A stretch of 64,000 nt of DNA, taken from the NCBI GenBank assembly GCA_963664815.2, contig CAXXHB010000003.1:640001-704000 (forward strand), in the 5' to 3' direction. This document shows, piece by piece, positions 11,176-20,958 of this stretch. This DNA is from Spirochaetota bacterium. GTDB taxonomy: Bacteria; Spirochaetota; UBA4802; UBA5550. Within the stretch, counting starts at the first letter, position 1. The number at the start of each line of letters is the position of its first letter. Both the position numbers and the translations under genes were made by a program. The notes beneath the pieces were generated by a model. It saw only the letters and a list, made by a program, of their open reading frames with translations, was not told the origin of the DNA and did not search any database.

Positions 11176-11213
11176 TTCCGGTATTTTACCAGATATGACA
11201 TAAAATACCGGAA
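11176..11213. terminator. Inverted repeat between convergent genes
   Basis: TTCCGGTATTTTA / TAAAATACCGGAA perfect 13-bp stem. Confidence 0.65.
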
Positions 11214-11245
11214 AACTCAATTTTTTGTAAGATTTACTTTCTTTA

Positions 11246-11950
11246 TTAAAGTAAATCTTTTAGTTTCATACTCTCAATAATTATCCTTGCTGCCTTTTCG
11301 GACGAATGTTCTGCATTGTTAATTACGAGATGATAATTATGAGGATCTGAAACATCAAATCTGAGATATTCCTTCAGAAAAGTATCTCTCTGTTTGGTTT
11401 TATCAGCAATGAGTTTCGTGGCCTCATGCTTTGGCATATTCATTTCTTTTATAATCCTTTCGGTTCTCCATGAAAGGGGTGCTACAAGTCTTACATGATA
11501 ACCGTTTTTTATTGACCGGGTTATAATGTTTGATCCTCTGCCAACAATCACTACGTTTCCGTTAAGTGCTAGCAATGCTACAGTCTCTGCAAGTTTTTTG
11601 TGAACAGACACCTGTGGAGGAAACGAGCTGAAAGATGTTTGAAGAAGATTTGTCAGACTGCTTCTTGCAGTGCTTGTCAATGTCTCTGCGAGACTTGAAG
11701 AGAGTCCCATGTCGTCCATTACTCTGTCCAGAAGCTGTCTGTTATAAGCGGCCCATTCAGGATTCTGATTCAGTTCAGTATTGAGTATTTTAATAAGGTG
11801 TTTGGCAACTTCATATCCTCCACATCCATATTCCCTTGATATTGTTATAAATGGGAGCCGGTTACTTTTTTCTGGAACAGCCAGCTTCTCCTTTTGCTGT
11901 TTCCAATGTGTTACCTGCGCTTTGATATATTTTTCCATTGTTGCTGGCAT
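11246..11950 (-). CDS. Cytidylate kinase-like family protein (paralog 1)
   Basis: FITISREYGCGG, VVIVGRGS and DPHNYHLVIN motifs; GGAGG RBS. Confidence 0.88.
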   Translation of the reverse strand: MPATMEKYIKAQVTHWKQQKEKLAVPEKSNRLPFITISREYGCGGYEVAKHLIKILNTELNQNPEWAAYNRQLLDRVMDDMGLSSSLAETLTSTARSSLTNLLQTSFSSFPPQVSVHKKLAETVALLALNGNVVIVGRGSNIITRSIKNGYHVRLVAPLSWRTERIIKEMNMPKHEATKLIADKTKQRDTFLKEYLRFDVSDPHNYHLVINNAEHSSEKAARIIIESMKLKDLL

Positions 11951-12533
11951 ATAAACCTCCTATGCAATCAAGGTTTTAATTTTAGTTGCTGATATTATAA
12001 TACTGAAAGATTTTTATTTTTTCAAGTGATATACAAAAACTTTTTTAGAAACTGTAATTTAATCGGTAATGACAATGAAATATATATTGGAGTAAAATAT
12101 TATATCACAATACTGCGGCATTTGTACAAGCGACAAATAAATAATTGACAATAAATAATTATGGATAATAACTTAATTTTAAGATTTAGATACTGTTTAA
12201 GTTATATATCTGATGTCCTGTGCTTTATCGAACGTGTTTTCTTTTACACATTCTCTTCACCCGGTTTTTTACTGAAAGTACTGGTAAAGTTTGTAATTAA
12301 AGATGGTCTGGTCTATCAGCTCATCAAGAAGATGACATATGAATGCCTTATTAATAAAATTATTTTATATACCGATTCAGGTCACATCAGACATCTTTAT
12401 CACATTACTTCAGACAGGAAGATGTGAACATCTCACGATGGCGGCATTTTCACGGCAGATTTGTTGTCGCATATATCCTCAGGTATATCCCATATCTTAT
12501 TGAGTCATTATAGTAATCAAGGATGTTAAGAAC

Positions 12534-13286
12534 ATGAAAGATGAAAAAATCCATAGCAGCGATTTTTCAATCATGAATAAAGATTTTGCGGTCAGGTATT
12601 CTGATTTAGACATGACATATTCTGCCACGATGCCGGCAATATGCAGCTATTTTTTTGAAGTAGGTAGCATCCATGGCAGGATACTGACCGAGGATGCGAA
12701 GCTTGATTCGGTTTTCGTCCTGACGCGGCTTTACGTGAAAATGGATATGTATCCTGAAGTTGAAGAAACTGTCTCAGTCAGGTCATGGCTCTCCCCTGTA
12801 AAAGACAAATATGTAATAAGAAATTTTATAGTAACCGGTGAAAACGGTGATATAATAGGACGCGGGAAATCATCGGCTGTTCCATTTAATCTGCATGAGA
12901 GAACAGGTGCTGCAATTCCGGAAAATATAGGAAAAGTAAAGACAGTTGATATCGAGCCCGCTACACTTCATGCATTCGAGAAACTAACCCCTGTGATGAC
13001 TTCATTGTATGAAAAATCATTCGAAGTCAGTTACTTTGACTGCGATATTTACCAGCATGTAAACAACGTGAAATATATTCAATGGTGCATAGAGGCTCTC
13101 CCCGTTGAATTTATTAAAAGTCATATGCTTAGTGAGATAGATATTAATTTCAGAACAGAGGGGAGTGTCGGAGATAAACTGGTTTTAAAAGCCGGGTATG
13201 GAGGCGGGGATGGTATATTTGTTCATACAATAAGTGATAACATAGGAGGAAGGGAACTGGCACGGATGAAAAGTATATGGAGATAA
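12534..13286 (+). CDS. Acyl-ACP thioesterase (double hot-dog fold)
   Basis: VRYSDLD and DCDIYQHVNNVKYIQW motifs. Confidence 0.88.
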   Translation: MKDEKIHSSDFSIMNKDFAVRYSDLDMTYSATMPAICSYFFEVGSIHGRILTEDAKLDSVFVLTRLYVKMDMYPEVEETVSVRSWLSPVKDKYVIRNFIVTGENGDIIGRGKSSAVPFNLHERTGAAIPENIGKVKTVDIEPATLHAFEKLTPVMTSLYEKSFEVSYFDCDIYQHVNNVKYIQWCIEALPVEFIKSHMLSEIDINFRTEGSVGDKLVLKAGYGGGDGIFVHTISDNIGGRELARMKSIWR

Positions 13287-13343
13287 ACCCGGTCAATTTA
13301 GCCCACATCTTAACCGGTGTTCTGATATCTGTAAATTTTAAAT

Positions 13344-13385
13344 AATAAAAAAACGCAGTATAGATGTACCGCGTTTTTTATTTTT
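13344..13385. terminator. Probable bidirectional terminator
   Basis: ATAAAAAAACGC...GCGTTTTTTATT between the convergent thioesterase and SET genes. Confidence 0.6.
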
Positions 13386-13409
13386 AGTGAATTGTTTTAT
13401 AAACATCTG

Positions 13410-13904
13410 TCAGGTATCCGCAACAGCATATTGTATATCGGAAAGTCCCTGAATATGCTGTAAACGGAAATTTTTCCCCTTTATGACTTTTTTGCAATTT
13501 TTTGAACCGCACTGGCATTCGAAAGAACGGAAGAGTTCATCCTCAGTAGTTTCATAATCCATTGTGAGAAACTCACCCGGTTTAATATCTCTAATGGCTG
13601 TGAAAGTCTGAGTAGCCATATCGCAATGCATGTTTGGATCACAGCTGTGAAGCACCTTCCCCATAAAAAAAGGATCATGGAGATGATACCCTGGCTGCAT
13701 CTGAAGTGTAAAGAGTGTTACTTCACTTAAAAGAACACCAGCAAATTTAAAAACTATTTCACCGGATTTAAAAGAAGCAAGTGAAATAATCCCCTCGCCG
13801 ACATCATCAGTCTGGATGATACGGAACATTTCCTTTGTTGGTTCATAATTGAACCGGGGGTAGAAGTCCGGATAAAACCGGTCCGGAACATGATCGTCGA
13901 TCAT
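13410..13904 (-). CDS. SET-domain protein with post-SET cysteine cluster
   Basis: VGEGI, KVLHSCDPN, IKPGEFLTMDY and FECQCGSKNCKKVI motifs. Confidence 0.9.
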   Translation of the reverse strand: MIDDHVPDRFYPDFYPRFNYEPTKEMFRIIQTDDVGEGIISLASFKSGEIVFKFAGVLLSEVTLFTLQMQPGYHLHDPFFMGKVLHSCDPNMHCDMATQTFTAIRDIKPGEFLTMDYETTEDELFRSFECQCGSKNCKKVIKGKNFRLQHIQGLSDIQYAVADT

Positions 13905-13909
13905 TTTTT

Positions 13910-14320
13910 TTATCTCCTTAAAATTGTGTTTTCTTTTATTTCTTCAGGTGCGAAGAATTCCTTTATCATGTCGATTACAGTATCCTCTTCGAACCATTTA
14001 CAGCTGAAAACATCAAGGTACATGTCACGCATCATATCATTTGTATGAATTGTAATTGCGCTTGTAACTATCAGCTGTACCGCAGATATTCCTTCTTCGA
14101 TACCTTCGCCGAACCTGGCAATAACCAGATCCCCGTAGGGAACCATATCAATTCGCGGAACAATTTCTTTTATAAACCGGGACACAGAATTTAAATCGAG
14201 CAGATTTTCATTGCAGGCAATGGCTGTTACCATAAGGTGTTTGCCATAGTATTTCCCGCCATTGATCTCTGTTCTTTTGTACGCATCCCGGGCTACCAGG
14301 CCATCGGCAGTTTTACTCAT
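13910..14320 (-). CDS. S-adenosylmethionine decarboxylase (SpeD/SpeH)-like pyruvoyl proenzyme
   Basis: YGKHL, GISAVQLIVT-SAITIHT, YLDVFSC. Ser79/Ser87/His92/Cys107 keep the class 1 AdoMetDC spacing; AGGAG RBS. Confidence 0.85.
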   Translation of the reverse strand: MSKTADGLVARDAYKRTEINGGKYYGKHLMVTAIACNENLLDLNSVSRFIKEIVPRIDMVPYGDLVIARFGEGIEEGISAVQLIVTSAITIHTNDMMRDMYLDVFSCKWFEEDTVIDMIKEFFAPEEIKENTILRR

Positions 14321-14836
14321 CTTCTTTTTACTCCTGAAATTATATTAATATTATGTCTTATATTAACGATTCTATAAAAATTATGATTATAAAAAAGTCA
14401 ATTATTAACTTGTATACCTGCAGTAAAATTAACATTTATTCAACTTTGTCTGAGTATAAATGATGTTTTATGTTTCACCTATATTAAAAATTGGAATAAT
14501 TTATATATAGAATATGTCAAGATAGTTGTTATATTAATTTATTTTTATTGGATTTTGTTTACTGCATAACCTGGTGCTGGTATTTTGTTAATAAAACCCC
14601 TTTAAAATGATTATTTTGGAATGCGAGTTAAATAAACACGATTAATGTAATTATATAAGTGATATGATTGCAGTGTCTGTAAGGTAAAAATGTAGTATAA
14701 TAATTTAAATTAACAAAAGTGAACCACATATATCAATTTAGGCGTAGTAATAATTATTTGTATACGAAGGATTTGAAATAGCCGCACCTCTTTTTTTATA
14801 ATACAGTGAGCTGGATGTGTATTCTATTAATAATGG

Positions 14837-15544
14837 TTATTTAATCAGAAGGCCTTTTATTATCATTCCTTCAATTATCAGTCTTGCCAACTGCTCTACA
14901 GAAAAATGACTGTCATTTAGTATAAGGTCATAATTATTCGGGTCTCTCAGGTCAAATTTAAGGAATTCTTTCATATATTCTTCTCTCTGTTTGCTTCTCT
15001 CCTGTATAAATTTGATGGCTTCAGCTTTGCTGATATTTTTAGCTTTTGCAAATTTTTCAGCTCTGTATTTTTCCGGAGCAACAAGCCTTACGTGAAACCC
15101 TCCAGCTGTTTTATTTGTTATCATGTTTGAACCGCGTCCAACTATTACAACATTTCCTTGAAGTGCCAGCATCGTGATTGTTTCAGTAAGTTTTTTGTGT
15201 ATGGCAACCTGCGATGGGAAGGAACTGAATGTTGTCTGGATTAAATCAGTCAGTTTATTACGGGCTTTTCCTGTAAGAGTTTCAAGAAGGCTTTCCGATA
15301 GGCCGGTATCTGCCATGAGTTGTTCAAGCAGCTTCTTATCATATGCAACCCATGGTGGTTCAGATTTATATTTTTCATTAATTATTTCTATTATTCTGGT
15401 TGCAACCATGAATCCGCAACAACCATATTCACGAGATATGGTAATAAAAGGAAGATGATTAGCTTTATCGGTATCTTTAATCTGTTCTTTCTGTTTTTTC
15501 CAGTATATCACCTGTCCTGTCATATATTTATCTAACACAGTCAT
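14837..15544 (-). CDS. Cytidylate kinase-like family protein (paralog 2)
   Basis: LPFITISREYGCCG, VVIVGRGS, DPNNYDLILN; ATG 15544 after GGAGG. Confidence 0.88.
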   Translation of the reverse strand: MTVLDKYMTGQVIYWKKQKEQIKDTDKANHLPFITISREYGCCGFMVATRIIEIINEKYKSEPPWVAYDKKLLEQLMADTGLSESLLETLTGKARNKLTDLIQTTFSSFPSQVAIHKKLTETITMLALQGNVVIVGRGSNMITNKTAGGFHVRLVAPEKYRAEKFAKAKNISKAEAIKFIQERSKQREEYMKEFLKFDLRDPNNYDLILNDSHFSVEQLARLIIEGMIIKGLLIK

Positions 15545-15846
15545 ATCATACCTCCATTTAAAATATTTTAATCTCAGTTTAAAAAAGTTAGCTGTGATAT
15601 GGGAGTTTTTCAATATTTTAGTATGCTATTTCTGATATTTTTATGTAATCTATAAAGCCAAATTTAAAATATTTTTTTAACATATATTTCAGTGCATGAA
15701 AAAACATTATATCATTACGTAACTATAACCGGGGAGATATAATGTCTCTTAATTAAAAAAAGCTATTGTATAAATATTTGAAAATGATAGTAAATTATCG
15801 ATTAATTCATTTGTTAAGTTCAGCAGAATGACTGTAAATTACTTGA

Positions 15847-17028
15847 TTAAGGTTTCGGTTTAAATCTTATCTGGAATACTGCGATCTCCGGTCTTCCGCT
15901 TGTTCTTACCGGTGGACCCCATGTCCCATATCCGCTGGATACATATATATTAGTATTATTCACTTTTGTATATCCGCATGTGATTTTGAAGATCGTATCT
16001 GTTATATAGTTAAGCGGCCATAGCTGCCCATTATGTGTATGGCCTGAAATATGGAGATCAACATTGTTTTTAAGTGAATCGACAATACTGGAAGGCTGAT
16101 GATCCATCAGGATTATCGGGAGATTGAGATTTTTCCCATGGAGTATATCCTCCAGGTTTTTTCTTTTTACTCCCGCGATGCGGTTTATAATCCTGTCTTC
16201 CCTGCCGACAAGAAGAATCGAGCCATTAATTTCGATCGCTTCATCACGCAGCACATTTATTTTATGTTTCTGCATGAAGTTTACGGCTTCAGTAACCCCG
16301 CCTATATATTCATGATTTCCCGTAACTGCGTAAACTCCATATCTTGATCTGATAGATTCAACAAGGCCGCCCATATTATCCTTGACGATGGGGCGGAGTG
16401 TTTCATCAAAGAAATCACCGGGGAACAGGACTATGTCGGTGTCGAGAGAATTTATTGTGTCAACAAGAAACTTGAATTTATTCCTACCGATAATATTTCC
16501 AAGATGAATATCTGATGCTACAACTATGTTAAGTGAACTTTCTATACCCCCCTGTTTGTCAATTTGAATATCGATGATCTTAATAACAGGACAGCATGCT
16601 GTAATGAATCCAGCTATGATTATAACAGAAGTAATGGAGATCACTCCAATCATAAGCTTAAGAGGGATATTTGCTGTTTTGAGTGTTTCATCCTGGGGAA
16701 GAAAGTTAAGTAAATAATTAACTTCTTTTACTGTATCGATCAGAATAATAAAAAGGAGGGCATAAAAAAGAAAAGCCAGCCATGTTGAACCGGTAATTAT
16801 AAGCATCTGGTTGTGTTCAAAAATTCCGTTTCTCTCTGAAATCTCTCCAATGATAAAAGAAGAGGCAAATATGAAAAAGAGTGTGGAATATATTGACCGT
16901 ATTATGCTGCTTGCCGGAAGCGCCTGCCATCCCCTGATAAAAACATAAAAATTTCCAGCCAGATAAACAGCGAGAAATATTGTCATGAATATAACGAACT
17001 GATGTCCTTTCATATGATTAATCTTCAT
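15847..17028 (-). CDS. Membrane-bound metallophosphoesterase (YkuE-like)
   Basis: N-terminal TMs; SDIHLG, PGDFFD, GNHE, DHQP, SGHTHNGQ and GTWGPPVR motifs. Confidence 0.92.
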   Translation of the reverse strand: MKINHMKGHQFVIFMTIFLAVYLAGNFYVFIRGWQALPASSIIRSIYSTLFFIFASSFIIGEISERNGIFEHNQMLIITGSTWLAFLFYALLFIILIDTVKEVNYLLNFLPQDETLKTANIPLKLMIGVISITSVIIIAGFITACCPVIKIIDIQIDKQGGIESSLNIVVASDIHLGNIIGRNKFKFLVDTINSLDTDIVLFPGDFFDETLRPIVKDNMGGLVESIRSRYGVYAVTGNHEYIGGVTEAVNFMQKHKINVLRDEAIEINGSILLVGREDRIINRIAGVKRKNLEDILHGKNLNLPIILMDHQPSSIVDSLKNNVDLHISGHTHNGQLWPLNYITDTIFKITCGYTKVNNTNIYVSSGYGTWGPPVRTSGRPEIAVFQIRFKPKP

Positions 17029-17044
17029 ACTCCGATAGGATTAT

Positions 17045-17208
17045 TACGCGTTTTTTAAGCGGTTTCATGTTGAATATTCCCATTCCAGGAGAAAGTATAT
17101 GGCAAAATATGTATATTCTTTATGCATCTCTTAATGAGATATTTTATTATCAATTCCATCGGCAATTCCCAGGAATGTAAGTGTCAGAAGAGCTGTAATC
17201 CATTCCAT
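17045..17208 (-). pseudogene. Internally deleted TerC-family remnant
   Basis: ATG 17208 reads MEWITALLTLTFLGIADGIDN (TerC N-terminus W-x-ALLTLT-x-LEIVLGIDN), stop at 17131, then KEYTYFAI-F/SPGMGIFNMK (TerC C-terminus KGYIYFAMAFS) with a frameshift. Confidence 0.65.
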
Positions 17209-17528
17209 CGTTATTTCCTGTTCTCAGAGTTTATATCAAACAGATATAAAGAATATCACCTGTTGTCAATTATAATCAGTCGTTTATATTCATCTTATAT
17301 GATTTTATATTTCCTGTATTTATTACATTACATATTAAAAAATGATGTTACAAAATTCCGGTTTGTTAAGTTTTAAGTATCATGTTGAAACTTAAAAGCT
17401 TTTTACAATTAAGAATATTTTAAAGAATTATTACTGAAAAATCTCAGAAAAGTCTTTGATATTTTTTCAGTATAAGTATTAAATGCCTTTAAATCGGGTT
17501 TTATCAGTTTAAATAAGAGGTTTAAAAA

Positions 17529-17723
17529 ATGTACAGCAACATAACTCTGAATTATGCCTTTGCTATGCCGGGAATGGGGGAACTCGTAGTTATTTTTCTG
17601 ATCATTCTTGTTCTTTTCGGCGCAGGAAAAATTCCAACTATCGCGAAGGATATTGGTTCCGGTATAAGGGAATTTAAAAAATCTGTTAAAGATAATCCGG
17701 ATGAAAATAAGGATAAAAAGTGA
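17529..17723 (+). CDS. tatA: Twin-arginine translocase subunit TatA/E
   Basis: PGMGELVVIFLIILVLFGAGKIP...GSGIREFKKS. Confidence 0.95.
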   Translation: MYSNITLNYAFAMPGMGELVVIFLIILVLFGAGKIPTIAKDIGSGIREFKKSVKDNPDENKDKK

Positions 17724-17753
17724 AGAAAAGCTGCCATTATGGCAGCTTTTCTT
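17723..17753. terminator. Bidirectional rho-independent terminator
   Basis: AAGAAAAGCTGCC-ATTAT-GGCAGCTTTTCTT between convergent tatA and trpB2. Confidence 0.85.
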
Positions 17754-17835
17754 TTAAGAAGGATTATGTAAAAAGTAACTTATGATAATTATAAAATATT
17801 TGCCAGGGTACGTATTGCTGGATTCTTTATTTTAA

Positions 17836-19203
17836 TCAATCCACCTTTGGCAGAGTGTTGAAACCTCTCTGCAGATCAGCATCTGTTGGAATGTAATCTG
17901 TCATTGTCCCCTCGTTATACTGCATGTAGGCATTCATATCAAAATAACCTGTGCCGGTAAGGCCAAACAATATGGTTTTTTTCTCACCCGTCTCTTTACA
18001 TCTGAGTGCCTCCTGAATCGCTCCAAAGATAGCATGAGAAGATTCAGGAGCAGGGAGTATCTGTTCCAGTTTGCAGAACATGGTTGCTGCGTCGAATACC
18101 CTGTTTTGTTCAGCAGAGATAGCTTCCATATAACCATCATGATAAAGCTTCGAAAGAATTGTTGACATACCGTGGTAACGCAGTCCCCCTGCATGGTTCG
18201 GCGAAGGGATGAAATCACTTCCAAGCGTATACATCTTTGCAAGTGGTGTCATTTTTCCTGTATCGCAGAAGTCATAGGCGTATTTCCCCCGGGTGAATGA
18301 GGGGCATGAAGCCGGTTCAACCGCAATAAATCGGGGATTGGCTTTCCCGGTAAGTTTGTCCTGCATGAATGCAGACATCAGTCCGCCGAGGTTTGATCCG
18401 CCACCTGCGCATCCGATAACGACGTCCGGGTACTCTCCGAGTTTCTCCATGGCAAGCTTGCTTTCAAGGCCGATTATTGACTGATGCAGTAGCACCTGAT
18501 TCAGAACAGATCCGAGGGCATAGCGGCACTTATCGTCATGCATTGACAGCTCAATAGCTTCAGAAATGGCACATCCTAAACTGCCGCCTGTATCAGGATT
18601 TTTCGCCAGAATGGAACGACCTACTTCTGTAGTATCTGAAGGGCTTGGGATTATTTTTGCTCCATAAGTTTCCATGACAGCTTTGCGGAATGGTTTCTGC
18701 TGGAATGATACCTTTACCATAAATACTGTAAGACCAAGGCCGAAATGTGCACAGGCCATTGAAAGGGCTGTGCCCCACTGTCCTGCTCCTGTTTCAGTTG
18801 CCAGTGATGTGAGTCCCTGTGCTTTTGCGTAATATGCCATTGCAGCGGCCGCATTCAGTTTATGGCTGCCAGAAGTATTATTACCCTCAAATTTAAAATA
18901 GATTTTTGCAGGGGTATCCAGCGCTTTTTCAAGATGATAGGCGCGGATTAAAGGAGATGGACGAAAAGTTTTATAATAGTCTATTACTTCTCCAGGTATA
19001 TCGATATACCTCGTTGTTGTATCCATCTCCTGTTTGCACAATTCTTCACAGAATACCGGATAAAGGTCCTCTGTTTTCAGTGGTTGAAGTGTTCCCGGAT
19101 TCAGCAGCGGGTCATGTTGCTGTTTCATATCTGCTCTGATGTTGTACCATTGTTTTGGCATTTCATCTTCTGTGAGATATGTTTTGTATGGTATTTTTGC
19201 CAT
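17836..19203 (-). CDS. trpB2: TrpB-like PLP-dependent enzyme (TrpB2)
   Basis: SGSHKLN, TETGAGQWG, GSLGCAISEA, GGGSN, HAGGLRYHG and PAPESSHA; long N-terminus typical of TrpB2. Confidence 0.93.
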   Translation of the reverse strand: MAKIPYKTYLTEDEMPKQWYNIRADMKQQHDPLLNPGTLQPLKTEDLYPVFCEELCKQEMDTTTRYIDIPGEVIDYYKTFRPSPLIRAYHLEKALDTPAKIYFKFEGNNTSGSHKLNAAAAMAYYAKAQGLTSLATETGAGQWGTALSMACAHFGLGLTVFMVKVSFQQKPFRKAVMETYGAKIIPSPSDTTEVGRSILAKNPDTGGSLGCAISEAIELSMHDDKCRYALGSVLNQVLLHQSIIGLESKLAMEKLGEYPDVVIGCAGGGSNLGGLMSAFMQDKLTGKANPRFIAVEPASCPSFTRGKYAYDFCDTGKMTPLAKMYTLGSDFIPSPNHAGGLRYHGMSTILSKLYHDGYMEAISAEQNRVFDAATMFCKLEQILPAPESSHAIFGAIQEALRCKETGEKKTILFGLTGTGYFDMNAYMQYNEGTMTDYIPTDADLQRGFNTLPKVD

Positions 19204-19278
19204 TTTTTACCTCTTTGATTTCGTTGATAGTTATTAATATAGAAAAATAGCTCAGTAAAGAAGATGGATTTTCTATAT

Positions 19279-19315
19279 ATAGAAACGTTTCTATTTGAAG
19301 AAACGTTTCTGTCAA
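19279..19315. promoter_or_regulatory. Tandem palindromic operators next to a -35 box upstream of trpB2
   Basis: ATAGAAACGTTTCTAT (19279-19294) and AGAAACGTTTCT (19299-19310), abutting TTGACA on the minus strand (19310-19315). Confidence 0.75.
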
Positions 19316-19501
19316 TATAATTTTACAAATAAGGGGATGTGACAGAAAGATTAATAAAGGATACGCCTCTTTAATGTTTTCTACCGCTCAAATTGTTTTT
19401 ATAAGAGGGATTTTTTAAAAAAGAACAATTATAGTTCAGATTTTTTTGATCCTGCGTTGTTAATAGTTATATTGAGTACAGATCAGGATTTAATTTATAA
19501 G

Positions 19502-19817
19502 ATGAATTTGGAGATAAAACATATCATTGAGGGGGAGCAGAAACCTGTTCTTTTGACAGATGATTCAGGAAATGCTGCAAGAGAAAAAGTGGAAGTGTAT
19601 TGTGCAGCCATTAATGGAATTACAGGATCGGAGTTTAAATATTTAGCTGTTAAATGTAACTATATGACAGAATTGAACTTCAGTGATATAAAGGGGGAAA
19701 TGGATAGGGAGTTTAAGGAGATGAGAATGAAACGGGAACACCTCCTTAATGAAAAGGGTCTCATGAATAAAAATAACCGGGGGGATAGTAGCAGTAATAC
19801 TTGAAGACCGGAAATAG
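19502..19817 (+). pseudogene. Degenerate helical protein, possibly a V/A-ATPase subunit H/G remnant
   Basis: Directly upstream of subunit C. Removing one A in the A5 run near 19770 restores a KITGGIVAVILEDRK end that stops 9 nt before the next ATG. Confidence 0.35.
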
Positions 19818-19826
19818 GGTGCAGAT

Positions 19827-20813
19827 ATGAATTACTATGCTGACAGCAATTATATTCATGCGAAGATCTACGCGCTGCACAGTCTGCTTCTTGACAGAAA
19901 GGATTATTATGAAATGTTAAAGAGTGGAAATTTTAATTCTGTTGCAGCCGGTCTAAAGTCCGTAAATATTAAATATGACTACATCGTAATCAAAGAGAGC
20001 CTGTTTGAAAGCCAGATAAAACTTGTAATATCTCTGGCGGAAGCATCGGCTTCTTACAGTAAACTTTTTCTATATTTTCTTCGATACTTTGAACTGCTCA
20101 ATCTTAAACTACTTTATGCAAAGGCTTTCAGACGAAGTCCTGTTTCATTTATCTGGTATAATACAGGTGATTTCGCGGTGCTTGACAGGGAGATGATCTC
20201 TGAAAATACAGATGTCGCTTCATTGCTTAAATACACACAGAACACATGGATGAGGGGAATACTGACATCAAAAGAGGCAGTGATGTACGAAGGCGTTGAA
20301 TTTTCTATAGACAGGGCGGTTTTCCGTCTTGCCGCAGAGTTTTCAAATTCAATGAGTTTTTTACGAGGAACAGATGCAGGGAGGATTATCTCGGGGCTTG
20401 CTGCATATTTCCGCCTTTCATGGAGCTGGAGGTTGCAGCAGGAGTACTCATGGGATGAAACTGGCATCAGAAAGTATATTGACTCGAACATTCCGCTGCC
20501 ACATTCTGGAAGAATTACCTGGTCGTCTGTTGAGGAGTGGGAGAGGTTGTTAATGCGGCAGGTCAGGAATAATTATGCCGATCTCCTTACTGGTGGTGGC
20601 GCCGGGCTGGTCAGCGCGGAAAAGATAATGGAAAGGACACTGCTTCGTGATTTCAGCAGAACATTCCGTGAAAATTTTCATTCGGTGAATACAGTAGTCT
20701 GTTATCTGGCTCTGCTTTACAGGCAGATAAGAAATCTCTTTGCCGTTGCAGACGGATTGAGATTGGAGCTTGATCCTGATGTAATAATGGAAAACATCAT
20801 TTGCGAGGGATGA
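19827..20813 (+). CDS. V/A-type ATPase subunit C (AC39/V0D family)
   Basis: N-terminal YIHAKIYALHSLLL, ELLNLKLL, C-terminal YLALLYRQIRNLFAVADG; typical length. Confidence 0.7.
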   Translation: MNYYADSNYIHAKIYALHSLLLDRKDYYEMLKSGNFNSVAAGLKSVNIKYDYIVIKESLFESQIKLVISLAEASASYSKLFLYFLRYFELLNLKLLYAKAFRRSPVSFIWYNTGDFAVLDREMISENTDVASLLKYTQNTWMRGILTSKEAVMYEGVEFSIDRAVFRLAAEFSNSMSFLRGTDAGRIISGLAAYFRLSWSWRLQQEYSWDETGIRKYIDSNIPLPHSGRITWSSVEEWERLLMRQVRNNYADLLTGGGAGLVSAEKIMERTLLRDFSRTFRENFHSVNTVVCYLALLYRQIRNLFAVADGLRLELDPDVIMENIICEG

Positions 20814-20958
20814 TGTTTTCCGTAGTAGGTATAATGAGGTTTAACATATAAACCCGGGGAGTAGGAATTCGGTGAAATTGTTTTCATGCAGGCTTAATAT
20901 GGCTGTTAACTGCTTTGGGCCGGACTTCCTGCAATTAAACTGTTTTATGAGAAATCGG

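Noticed and set aside
12161-12530. 88-aa ORF or riboswitch upstream of the thioesterase
   Set aside because: No RBS or family motif, and no recognisable aptamer consensus (a fluoride-like GATGG is not followed by the required elements).
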